Numbered from the whole stretch's first letter, positions 51,289 through 63,528 are shown. The stretch: 63,528 nucleotides of DNA, filler included, from Kipferlia bialata (GCA_003568945.1; 6 parts of 6 records of this genome joined end to end with filler, not necessarily neighbours in it); one strand, 5' to 3'. The notes: generated by a model not told the origin, from the sequence alone. A program made the numbers and translations.

Positions 51289-54200
51289 CTGGCATTCTGT
51301 GCCTTTCCAGATACACCAATGGTGGAAGTGTCCCATAGTGCTCTATATATAGAGAATACAGATGAGTAATGTATCTTATGGTATATACTTGTGAATATAT
51401 CTACCATGTCCTACCTCGTATTCTGTGCCTTTCCACATGTGCCTAACCCCAGTGGCACACTCTGTCTCAGAGGTGGTATTCCTCGCAACATCTGTCCATC
51501 TGAGGGTAAGGCAGGCTCTCATCCATTCATTCACGGTTCAGAACCGTGACAGTTCTAGACTAGAAGAGATTACTTAGGCTGATGATACTTCTTCTACAGA
51601 TGTCCCATATGTGTACTAAGTAAACAATGTACTCTCTACTACTTTATACTACTATGCGATGTATGAACACATGCACGATTTAGTAATATTACTACACTAT
51701 AACTGTACCTTGTCTGCCTTGGTAGTGACACCACCCACGCCATACTGGACAGAGCTGCAATACTCCTGACTGTCAGTAATACTAACACAAATGTGTATAG
51801 TATTTATAGTAGAGTTTATGTGTTAGTATGACCAATGCCATCCTCGATGTAACAGCAATGATTCTGGTTGTTGGTGGTTTCGGTGACTTTCTGTGAGATT
51901 TCTTACAGTTCCATACAACATATACCGATACCTCAGTAGCAGTGACTGCAGTGACCCCATCACTGAGTGCGGCACAGACAGGACAGAGGGTAGGACATCC
52001 TCAATCTGCAGGTGAGATGATACACATTCAAGGTCTATACTCACTAGAGAGAGTAGATCAGGGGAGTTTCTCAATTTCGTTGCCAGCGTAAGCCATATTC
52101 TCACTATTAATACACGGTATTCACCTGGGGCCTGTAGAGCTCCTCCACCTCCGCTAGTTCTTCTTTAGACATGGACAACAACCACTCGGCATAGTGTTTG
52201 ACCTTGTATTTAGAAACTACACGTAGAGTTTCAGAGTTCTAAAGGAATAGTGGACAAAGGAGTGTAAGTTACACTGTTTAACAGATAGAACACTGCTTGA
52301 CCTAGTATTTAGATTATCTGATATTCTCAGCAGAATAGTGGACAGGGAGTATATCATTAGAACATTGCTTGACCTGGTACTCAGATACTCTGTTACTGTA
52401 TACAAACAACCAAAGCTTTAAAGGAAGAGCTGTTTGTTACCTCAAGAATCAGTCCCAGTATCCTACTTGGAGACGTGTCCAACAACACTTGCTTCAGAAG
52501 GGTATCGTATCCCATTGGTAGTTTGTCGATCAAACCAGTGCTCTTAGCGACAACAAGAGATACCCCGGGTTAGATGCTAGTAGAATTTAGCTTATAACAG
52601 GTATGACGTTGGCAAGAGCAAACTGACTATTGATAATAGACAAAGGATACCCTGGAGTAAGATGATGTTAGAGAATTGAGCATGGCAGAGAATTGAGTGG
52701 TTACCAATAATTAGCAGACACATTCTTCTTACCCTGCTGTGTGCTCCTTGTTACATTCTGCCCTATGCATGCAGGCAGAGACATGCATCCTGCCATCACC
52801 CGTTATGCCTAGAGATCAGTAGTGAAAGATAGAATACATATGTTATAGTGTGAACATAGTACAATATATGATATCTGTGCATGCAGGCAGAGACATGCAT
52901 CCTACCATCGCCAGTGATGCCTAGAGATCAGTTGTATATTTATATCCTAGAGGTGTGTGTAGCGGCATCACAGTCCAATACATACAGAGAGACACACAGA
53001 GAGAGACAGCTTTTTACCCGACCCAAGATTGGAGCACAGTGCTGCTAACAAGGCAAAGAAACTCTGGTGTAATGGACTTAGGAGCAATTGAAGAGTCGGA
53101 ACCTACCCGACACACTCAGAGATGTGATGTCTCTGTTATATCGCTGTCAAGTTGACAGTGTCAAAACAAAGCTGGTATATACTATCTATACTGTTATCGG
53201 TATACCTGATGAACACTCAGGAGTATCACACCCCGCCTGCTAGCCCTCACTGAATGCACCAGATGGTGTGTGAGGTGTATGGCGTCAAGTGCAGATGCAC
53301 ATGAGCTGTGGGGGTATCTATTGTACCCAGTCTAGATGTCAGTAAGGCAGTGGCAGTATCTATCATTGGGAGGCAGTGTTATGAATATCACGTTCCTCAC
53401 AGACTAGTGTTTTCGACGATATCACTAACACATACCCGAATTGCCATCACGAATGATAGAAAGGCCTTGACAGAGACATCGCAGGCTTCAAACCTTCGAT
53501 AAGTAACAGTACCGTACATATCCATCTCATTAATAACATTAATGGATTATTACAATGGGTTCTCTTGCAGTATCCTCTCCATCAAGAACCGTAATGTATC
53601 GTTAAGGAGTACAGTAGGTTAGGTGAAGGCTGAAGTCATCTCTTACCCTGAGACATTGAATAGAAAGAGCGCAGCGCACTCAAACCCCTTTGAGTTTGTT
53701 ACGCGGTCCAAGCGTGACGTTTCATACGTCATATCGCCACTAAACTGATTCAGTGAATGCCTGCTGTAAGACAATGGGTATCTGAGTCAGGTACTATGTG
53801 ACTGCCGATCCTTGAGAGTCTCTAAGAGATGCCACACACAAATACCAGTTCAGATAAGAAACAAGTATAACTATCAAGGACCCATTACATCTTAAACAAC
53901 CTGGTCGATATATCTGCCAACATGTTACGGTACTGGAACAGGAAGTCAGTTAGACGTCCCTGGAATTGAGAGATTGAGTGTTGGTTGATGATTGATAACA
54001 CCTGTATTGTGAAAACGCTAAGGCTTAGTGGGGAACGGCGTATATAGAATGCATAGGCTTGATGCACTGCATATGCAATATGTACCTCTGAAGGGACGCA
54101 TACGGGCTTCCTAAACAGAGACAGGGGTAGTGACGGATTTACCTGATAGTGAGGTGGATATATATTCTGGAGTACCTACATATTATAGCAGATGTAAATG

Positions 54201-57200
54201 TGTACATGCATATCTATGAAACTGAAGATGTGTAGTCTACAGTCACAGAATACGTACACACTGAGTTGCTCTAGTTGGCTCCAGGAGCCTGGCAGCCCAC
54301 TGTCGTAACTGAGTGGGGGGAAGGAGTATCATCGACTGATCGTAGACCTGGTCTCGTGTGGGGTCATGTCCTGTGTGTCAGAGATCTATCTCGTACAATT
54401 TTAATGCATGCACGTATATGATACAGACAGTCAGTGATTGTGGTTTTGCAAACCATATAGAGAGTGTTTATCCCATTGTATTAACCAGTATTTGATACTG
54501 TATTACCTGGTAACCGAGGGAAGTGGCCTCTGAGTCCACCGGCTGACTGTCGCCTAATAGTGAGTTAGAATCTGACAAATAGTCAGATAAATTGAGACTT
54601 CTATCAATGACTGTCTTAGTAATGGACCAGAAGTGTTGGACTAGAATACAGGAAGAGTAAAACAGTTCTCACAAAGGAATGATTGCTTCTGGGTCTTCAG
54701 GTCGCTAGCCTACACTATATTCCTATTGAAGTCTATGCATTACAAATAATGGTACAGCATATGTGGTGCAAATACACCCAATTCTGTTTCTTTGTGTCGA
54801 CAGATGTTACCTTCTCATCAGAAGCATATGCGCTCTGTGCCAGTAGATTGTGCAGCAACCACGGTTCTGGAGTAATATGAATAGTTATACAATATGTGTT
54901 GCTTACCAAAACTGAGCTAGTTTGATATAACTATTGTCCCCTTGTACCACTGTCAAACCATCGCCCATATACAACACACGACTCAAACCAGGGTGAACTC
55001 TCGGCAGATTAACTGGAACCCCACAAGTATACAAATATGGTAGTTGTTATACCTCTATTGGTCTTCCACTTGCATCCCTCTTGTCCACCTGCATAATCCA
55101 GGTGAACTTGCAATTGTGCTGTTAGTAAGAGTACATCAGGAGATATAACAGTGAGTGTCTCGTAACCAGTATTCAAACATGCTCATCCATACTCACCCTC
55201 TTCCCATGGTTTCCAAGTAACGCAGTGACGACTGCATATGTTGAGGTTTCCGCAGACGCCTCCTTCATATGCTCTACACCCTAAGTAATTAGAGAGATAG
55301 ATGATCCCTCACCCTTGTCAGGTGTAGAAAACATCATATGTAGGCATTGTACCGTATATTGTATGTGATGAACGAGTGTATGTATATTGCACTTACATTT
55401 GGTCCTAGTAGGTACGTTCTGATATCGGGTAGCATCTGATCTAGGTGCCTCATCCAAGCAGCATAAGGCTATAGTTAGTCACAGTTGGTAGGGTTGACAT
55501 ATAGTCTTATCAACAGGCCCATACTTCTAATAGTCACGAACCTCGTAGAGTTCCAGCATGAAAGTTCAACATACAATCACCACATCGGGGTATACTCTGT
55601 CGATAGAGTTGTCACATCAACACCGGTCACATACCGCGTAGGGTTCCAGCATAAACAGTCTGTACCATGTCTCCGTCACAACTAGTACACTCCGTTGGGG
55701 GTACTGGACATAGGGAGTCTTTTGGTCAGAAGTAGAATGAATATAGGGTAGTACTATGTATACCTACCAGTCGTAGACTACGGCATTCAATGAGACAGAC
55801 TTATCTATATTCATGTGGGTCCAAGGGACATGTTTGATTCACAAACAGACAGAAATACTATTAATCTTTGTTACTGTAGAGTGCTAACCTGGAAGCATCT
55901 AGCCAGGGCAGTGTCAGGTGGGTTTGACAACGGTGGCCATCTGGTATCAGTACTTCTGTTTCTCTATATATATGGGCACCGTGATAGCTAGGATAGTTAT
56001 CATGCAGAAGAATGTATCACTCCAAGTGTACCTGATCTCCCGACTCCTCTCCGGTGGCACATGTGGCACACTTGGCATATCTGCTGTACTCGTAGTCTTG
56101 GACCTGAGTGAGTGGCGAGAGTCTAGTTATTAACACAAAGGACGTATATTGTTGGTTACTGGCACTGGATCTTGCTATAGAATACTTGTTTTGGTTGGAG
56201 ATTACTATTTGAATCATGACCTACCTGCAGTTCTGCTGGGCTAGCGGGAGCCACATGGTATCATCAACCTCCTTGTGGTTAAGAGCTAGTGATCTTCACA
56301 TGTCACAGTCCTAATTGTGTGTATTGTGCGACTTACTTCAGGTGCATAGGGTAAGTGGTGACAGACGTGTTCCAACGTGCGACCTGTCACGACATAGTAC
56401 TTACAGAGCTTGGCGGCAACATGAAACCTTGCGTCAAAAGAAGAGCATAATGTGAATCACTTGTAATAGCGTAACTCCTACCTAGGTATCTCTGGACTTT
56501 GTGTTACACTGTCCAACAAAGAGATCAGATAGCCTGATGGTGAGTCTGTGCACCTCTAGGTAGAAGGTAGGATATATTGATTACATTGTAGTTTCAAGGA
56601 GAAACTGTAGACTATAGTCTCTAGTTATATCAAATTTTGCCTGTTGATCACATACCGCAAGAGTCGTCGAACCCGAGATCACTTCCTAGTGGTACTGCTG
56701 TAGTAGACTGCATTGCATTCCTACATCGCTCTGCTAGTAGAGTGGATCTAAGCCACTTTCTTTTGGTTAGCACACGATAGGATAGTGTACATTTTGAACT
56801 CAACCCCATTGAAGAGAAACACTATAATGCTAGACCAGATCAGTTGTACCTGTCCCTCAGTTGCATCCTTAAGGGCAGCACCCACTTTGCCACATGTCTC
56901 TTCAAGGGCAGGGGTAGCATAAAGGCAACATTGAACATGATCTGAGATAAGTCCCTATATATCGTGTCTACTGTATCGTCTACCAATATTATATTGGTCC
57001 AATATATGTTAGATAATGAGCCCAAGTACTCGTGTAATGGTATATACCTGGTGTATCAGAGATATGCCGTGTGGCCCTAGAGTACTGACAACAGATGAGT
57101 CCAGCATACGCTGAGCATGGTCAGGCTGCATACTCTCGGCCATCAGCCTTAGGACCTAGAGTGAGGGTATATGGATGGACTCTATATCGGAGTCTCAATG

Positions 57201-59190
57201 ATTTGAAACTGATGGTGTATAGCATGGATATATAGCAAAATCCATGTATCTTGTACCTCATGTGCAGGTATTGGGGGGCTGTCTGCACCTTTTTTCTCCA
57301 TGTTCTCGGGTTCCTCAGCATCGCCTGTCGTTAGAACATGCTCTATACCATAGCTAGTGTAGTCGCGATGTCCCTTACCAAATAGCCACATTGAGAGGTC
57401 ACTACCAAGGTCCAATTCAACATGTAGTTATATAGTATAAGTTATATAGTAATATCACAAAATACTTGTTTCCACTGGCCCCTACCTACATACCAATAAG
57501 TATCTTAGTAGTTAATATAGTGAACCTAGTATATATGATTCCATTAGCCCCTACCTATCAGCACCCAGTACAGGTACTCTCGAAGAACAGAGGGGGATCC
57601 GGTGTAGGATGGACATGCCTAGATAGATGAGATAAGGAGGAGAGGACAGGATCGGATACTCCAGTGTAGTCTCAAGGACTGTGGTTTAGAGACTCACCTA
57701 TCTTTTATATGCAACTATATAAAATATTTAATTATTATATATATACTGCATACCTCTCTCCTAACCATATCCAGCACATCAGGGTTGAGTAGCCATGAGC
57801 ACATGGCATGACAGAAGGGGTTGGGCAGGATAGCCAGTTTACAACAGACAGCAATGTTGTATATGTATACCGGCAGGCAGTATAGCATAACCTGTTGGGT
57901 TAGAGCATTCTCACACATGTTCATATCACACCCCTGTATCCATACACATAACGCTTCTCCCTTCAATTAGCTGACACTGTATCACGCTGGTACTCTGCGA
58001 GATAGAAATGACACCGTGGATATACCTTTACACTCTGTTCAGGAAAACAAAAGGGGATGCCTCCAGCCAAAGTAGTCACAGCAAGGGACTGAGTGAAGGT
58101 CTGTGGTGAAGGAGAGATAGCACACTGAATTTGTTTTACAATGACTCCCGAGGCAAAAAGAGTGAAGGTCTGACATCATAAGAGACCCTCGACATGCAAC
58201 GTGTACATGCCCATGAGAGTGACATCATGTTTCCACAAAACAACTGGACAACGGAACACACCTTGACCGCCGGCTTTGAGAGACACCGGTATCCCTGGTG
58301 ACACAGCATGTTCTTAACACCTGGAGTCGGTACAACTCTACGTGATGTAGAGTCTACATCTACATCATGTGCTTGGGTAGGCAGTATCTAGCTGTACCAC
58401 ACTAGTACTCACCTGGTCTCTCTATGCACTGTGCGATGACCCTTCCGACGTCACACTCCTCGTCTCTGCCCCTGGTTATAAGTCCACACTCATTAAGACA
58501 CCAATACAATTGGTGGCATACTTGTAACTATACTCTAATGACAGCAGTCGAGCATACGCCTATATTAGTCTTACAATAGAGTAATTTATCATATCATTGC
58601 TATGGGATATGGTTGTTGGTCAATACCTGTCCACGATTGCCGCATCCACATAGGGGAAGAGTGAGAGAACCTGAGGTGAGTGTTGCCAATATGGATAGCC
58701 GAGAGTATCAGTGGATTGAACACACTGGGTGTCCTCTCGCCCCAAGTGACGGCTCCCATATTGGGACCCATACCATACAAACCTTCAACTCGCCACACAC
58801 TACCATTAGGACTCCTATGGAAGCTACAAGTGCTGAAAGACGTGTGCTGGCAAGAAACAGCCGTAGAAGCTGGAGTTAGGAATCAATAAACATAAGTTGC
58901 ACATATATCTAGTTACAGAACCTGAGATCCAACAAGGAGTTTATGGCCCAATGCCTCACAGGACCGGGCTCTCTCCGCCTCTGCGGGTCTCTTGACTACT
59001 CCAGGGAATAGGGGCGCAGTCTGAACCTCTTCGGGATAATCCCTCTGATATTTTCCTTCCATACCTATCTCTCTACCGCGTACCCTCTTATTGTCACTTC
59101 TGCTGCTTCCTATCTCTTTCGGTACTCTCGCAGCCTTCATGTCATGCCGTCTCTCCTGGGCGGCCAAGGCCAGATAGCAGAAGATAGAGC
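51289..59190 (-). CDS. Orphan multi-exon protein (~35 exons, about 1,000 codons by hand estimate)
   Basis: A phase-consistent GT-AG chain was traced by hand, e.g. LLRLFLASTRLSALVASIG/VLSLFPYVDAAIVDR/GRDEECDVGRVIAQCIERP/.../IMFNVAFMLPLPLKRHVAKWVLPLRMQLRDR/.../PYAAWMRHLDQMLPDIRTYLLGPN/.../VKHYAEWLLSMSKEELAEVEELYRPQ. One acceptor (~52566) reads CGG. Start and stop are uncertain. Confidence 0.7.
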
Positions 59191-59631
59191 CTGTTGTTAT
59201 TAAGTATCAGTATCAAGATACATCAATGTATATAGTAGCTCACATACTATTGGATGTATCGCGTATAAATGTACGGTGTAAGACTTACAGAGTGTTTGTG
59301 GAGCACCAGTGCAATGGAGTGACCGTCTCTAGAGAGGTAATTGTCAAATACCATGTGGTGTCCAATATACTATGTGGTCGTTAGGGCGTGTACATGTAGT
59401 ACTATATGCGTTGGAGCTTACTCATACCTGTATTTCACCACTACTATCCCATATCTCCCAATATACACCAGTTAGAGCATCTATAATGGCTGTGCTATCA
59501 TTATTGCTAATATCGGTATCGGTACCGGTACCGTTATACCTAATCTCCATCCTCACAAGTAGAAACACTTAGGCACTTAGATACCTTACTATTATTACTT
59601 ATGATGCTGACCCTAGAGCATACACCCTCAT

Positions 59632-59674
<43 letters not shown>

Positions 59675-59695
59675 CCCTCTCCCTCTCTGACCCAG

Positions 59696-62025
59696 GACCC
59701 AGCTCCAGACTGAGAATGAGCAGATCAGGAGGGAGAACAGGAGGCTGCAGGTATGGGGTGGCTTTGCATATAGTACCAGACCTGGTCCGACCATGAGTAT
59801 GTCACATCCATTCTGAGTGTGTTCCGGACTGTCTCCTCTCCATATATCTCCAACCCCTCACCCCAGGCCAGTGTGCTTGACACCGGTGAGAGGGAGAGGG
59901 GCGCTGCCACAAGGTGAGTAGACTCTGCCGTATGTATGTGGTCTTTTGTATGCACTTGTATCCCCATCTGACATAAGGGTGCAGCAGCTGGAGGAGGAGC
60001 TCAAGGCCGTGTCCGCAGCTGAGCGCCAGGTACGATGCATGTACATATATAGTTGAGTATCCAGTTGTATATGAGGCCCCTGACCCCCTCTGTGTATGTG
60101 TCCCATCCCAATCAACCATTAATCATCACCCATCACCCCACCGACCCCCAGGTGGACATCTGGAGGCAGGAGGCGGAGCGTGCCCAGGCCACCGTTGTGA
60201 GGGAGAGGGCTGTGCAGGAGCAGCTGAAGGCTGACATCACTAGCCTCAGGACAAGGTGGGGATGGGTTTGTGCAGTGTAGTATCACTAGGCTGTTGCCTG
60301 TATATACCCCTGGCCTGTCTCACCTCAGACTGGCCGAGGAGAGGTCTGCCAAGCTGAAGGAGACGTCCCTGGCTGAGGCCGCCAAGAGAGATGTGGAGGG
60401 CCTGAGGCACACGCTCATCAGGTGGGTGTGGGTGTGTTGGGTAGTATGTGTATGTGGGCACATCTCTCTGACTGTCTCTGACCCCAGGTCTGAGAAGGAG
60501 GGAGAGCTCCGCAGTGGGGCCGAGGAGAGAGTGCAGGTCCTGGAGAAGGAGCTCAGGTTCAGGGATATGTGTATATATGAACCTATGAGTGGGATGGTGT
60601 GGTAAAGAAGTGGGTAGATCCGAACCCTGTGCATGTATGTACTCTTAGTCATTACCCCGCCTCTGACCCCCAGGGCCCTCCAGATTGAGCTGGAGAAGAA
60701 GGAGTCGGGGGCCCATGAGACCCTGGCCAGACTCAACACTACAAGTACGGCCACCCCTTCCCCTATCCCCCCTCCCCCCCCATCGTTATATCCACACCTC
60801 TCTCCTGTATCTTCCCCGGTTCTCACCCCCCAGGCTCCCAGGTGAACTCCGCCCTCTTTGAGACCAAGGATGTCAAGCAGAAGCTGACCATGGTCCAGGC
60901 AGAGTGCGAGGACCACAAGAGGTGGGCCAGGCTGATCCTCTCCAGTATACCCTCTCTCTCTCTCTCTCATATATGTACCCCTGTGTGTGTGTGTATGAGT
61001 TCCCTCACCCCAGCACCATCAGCAGGCAGCAGGCCCAGTACGAGGAGGAGAAGAGCAGGGTGGCCAGGTACATCGGTGCTAGTGTGGGATATGCAGTATT
61101 CTGTCAATGTGAATCAGTGTATGTATACAGAGGATTGTAGAGTGACATGTAGAGAGTGGGGATATTCATTAGTATGTGTATATATGTGTCCTCTGTGCCC
61201 ACCCCCAGGCTGAGCCAGACCCTCGAGGTCACCCAGCAGAAGCTGAAGGAGAAGAAGGAGGCAGAGAGGGCAGCCACAGACAGGTGGGCACACTCGGCAG
61301 CACTCAATCTCACTCCCTTGGGAACTTCTTTTCCTGCCCTTTGGCTAGTGTTTCTCTCTCCCTCCCCCTATGCGGTGTATGTCTGTGCCCCTCACCCCAG
61401 GATCAGACAGCTGGAGCTGGAGCTGTCGTGCCTCTCTGTCAACACCAACGACAGAGACCAGATGCAGATGGTCATGGACAGCGCCAATGAGCAGGTGCGG
61501 CACACGCTCTCCGGGATATGTCACATCATGTATCTATATCTCCCTCCCCCTTTACCCCCCCCCCCCTCATGATTAGAGCGGTATGCTGGCCAGGCAGCTC
61601 AGGGAGGCCCAGGACACGGTGTCCAAGCTGAGGAGCCTCATTGTCATGAGGTATCTACTTATGCAGACTGTGGTGGTTCCAATGCTCCATCATCTCCCCC
61701 CCCCCTCTCTCTCTGTCTCTCTCTCTCTTTATCACACACACACTCTCTCTCTCTCATCCTCCAGTGCTGGGGCCAGTTCCACCGGCAAGACATGTCTGCT
61801 CCGTCGGTACATCTACGACATATTCGAGGCCGGTACGACACAGTAATTATGATGTGTATTGACTCATTGCTCATTTACTTTATGAGTAAACCCACTTGTA
61901 TTATTGGTTTTGTTGAGTGGTTCTGCTTTGTTGTTTCTGATCATATCTAACCCTCTCACCCCCTAGGCACCAAGGCCACCATCGCTGCTGAGTTTGAGTC
62001 CTTTGAGATGTCATTCAAGAACAAG
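59696..62025 (+). CDS. Long coiled-coil protein fused to a C-terminal Rab/Ras-like GTPase domain (partial at both ends)
   Basis: ~12 coiled-coil exons splice in frame into SKLRSLIVMS/AGASSTGKTCLLRRYIYDIFEA/GTKATIAAEFESFEMSFKNK. This gives the P-loop GxxxxGKT and a switch-I KATIxxEF like Rab YKATIGADF. Confidence 0.8.
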
Positions 62026-62041
62026 GTAGATACATATATGC

Positions 62042-62079
<38 letters not shown>

Positions 62080-62329
62080 TAAGCTCTCTTTCAGTCGCTC
62101 TCTCTGTATTCATTGAGCCCTTTGAGGTGTCATTCAAGAACAAGGTATGTTATATATACCCCCCCTCTCTCTCTCTCTTTCTCTGTAGTGTAATTTGAAA
62201 TATGGAGGGTAGTTCATCCCTCATCCCTGTTTCTTCCACCCCCCTCTCTCTCTCTACTATACCTACTAACTACCCCAGCTCTTTCAAGAAGAAAGAAGTA
62301 CCTTCTCTCGTCATTGTAGTATGTCTTTC

Positions 62330-62378
<49 letters not shown>

Positions 62379-62393
62379 CCTCCCCCCCCCCCC

Positions 62394-62493
62394 NNNNNNN
62401 NNNNNNNNNNNNNNNNNNNNNNNNNNNNNNNNNNNNNTTAATTAATTAANNNNNNNNNNNNNNNNNNNNNNNNNNNNNNNNNNNNNNNNNNNN
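62394..62493. other. Artificial scaffold linker
   Basis: N44-TTAATTAATTAA-N44. Confidence 0.97.
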
Positions 62494-62542
<49 letters not shown>

Positions 62543-62567
62543 GAGAGAGACAGCGATCCAGTCCCAC

Positions 62568-63475
62568 CTCATGACGTTGGGCAGGGGCATGATGTCTCGG
62601 GGCTCGTCGGCATGCGTGGCCTTCTTGTACTTGGCGAACAGGGCCTTGAGCTTGTGGGAGTGCAGGCGGATAACCTGCGGTCAGACGCAGGCAGCCACAG
62701 AAAGATATGGAGAGAGTGGGAGGGAGAGAGGCAGCGAGGCAACGAGGTATTCACCTTTGCGGAGTCCTTGTCTGTGGGCTGTCCGTTGAAGGCCTCGATC
62801 AGGGCGTCATTCTGGCCTAGGGTAAGGTTAAGTATGTGGGTGAGACACGATGCACAGACAGTTGTGAAGAGCAATAAATAAAGGAAACACAAAACGTACC
62901 CTGTACGGTTGTGGTGTCGAGGACCTCGCTCTGGCCTGTCTTGAGGATACCTGGGGTGGGGCAGAGGATAGACGTAGTATAAGAACGTACAACACACACA
63001 CACATATGCACCCATCCCAGTGACTGTCCCCACACCGACCTGCGTGCTGTCGGTGGCACCCGGGTAGGATGTGCTGGCTCAGCAGGAGGCCCAGCCTGTC
63101 TGTGTCCTCGGAGTCCCTCTCCCTGAACATGGATATGCGGGTGTCCCTGGCCCCAAAGGTGGCGGAGAGCTCGGCGGGGAGGGGACGGCGAAGGATGACT
63201 GGGGTGAGGGTACATGTATACGATACCGAGAGTACGCGCACTCCCTCACCCTCCTGCTCCGCTGTGCCGGTCTGGGTCTGGCCCCTCGGCACACGGGTGG
63301 CCTTCATGGACACGCTCCTCTCCATGAAGGTGGAGTTGGCCCTGGGCCCAGAGGGGGAACCTGGGGTGAGGACACAGATATGGGCGGGGTTGACAAGGCA
63401 GACTGGGCATGGATCCCTACCTGACTGCACGATGGGGGACTTGGGGTCCCGGGTGGCACGCTCTGCCAGGTTGGC
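62568..63475 (-). CDS. Hypothetical protein, internal exons
   Basis: In-phase exons ANLAERATRDPKSPIVQS/.../DRLGLLLSQHILPGCHRQHA/GILKTGQSEVLDTTTVQ/GQNDALIEAFNGQPTDKDSAK/VIRLHSHKLKALFAKYKKATHADEPRDIMPLPNVMR. Confidence 0.65.
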
Positions 63476-63528
63476 CTGACGGGGTGAGGGGGGGGGGGGG
63501 GGGGGGGGGTAAAGGGCCCTCACCTTGA

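Noticed and set aside
56225..56700. Apparent in-frame TGA codons suggesting recoding or selenocysteine
   Set aside because: Alternative canonical GT-AG choices (donor ~56404, acceptor ~56286, continuous exon ~56769-56656) remove the stops, and TGA terminates the GNAT gene normally.
50024..59600. Island as bacterial or viral contamination or a recognisable transposase/RT
   Set aside because: It has host-type spliceosomal introns throughout, and I could identify no DDE, RT, integrase or capsid motifs.
12417..62493. TTAATTAATTAA recurring every ~12.5 kb
   Set aside because: Artificial linkers between size-sorted scaffolds (12405, 12404, 12398 and 12370 nt); not biological periodicity.

Overview
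Intron-dense eukaryotic (protist) draft-genome DNA. The window is six unrelated scaffolds joined by artificial 100-nt linkers (N44-TTAATTAATTAA-N44 at 12417, 24922, 37426, 49924 and 62394), so gene order across linkers is meaningless. Introns are short (~50-300 nt, GT-AG) with a branch point fused to the acceptor (YTNAC-CCC-YAG). Microsatellites and RE-rich exons suggest a free-living fornicate such as Kipferlia bialata (inference only). Hand-spliced genes: Rab2, a WD40-like protein, two helical/ARM-like proteins, ALG13, PRP6 (5' part), a DUF4470-like fragment, a bacterial-type rhomboid protease with 3 introns, a GNAT acetyltransferase, a TMCO1-like Oxa1-superfamily protein, an LRR plus low-complexity protein and several hypotheticals. 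Highlights: (1) pervasive 'splice-junction echoes', decayed copies of exon ends plus their splice sites lying mostly ~75-130 nt away inside the adjacent intron; (2) a long coiled-coil protein fused in frame to a C-terminal Rab-like GTPase domain; (3) a ~35-exon orphan gene invisible to the ORF track, in a compositionally distinct 9-kb island with an inverted partial paralog; (4) an intronised HGT candidate; (5) a perfect 22-bp palindrome in the ALG13/PRP6 bidirectional promoter; (6) sense-strand-specific intronic poly-C. Exon boundaries are manual and approximate, and no database searches were run.
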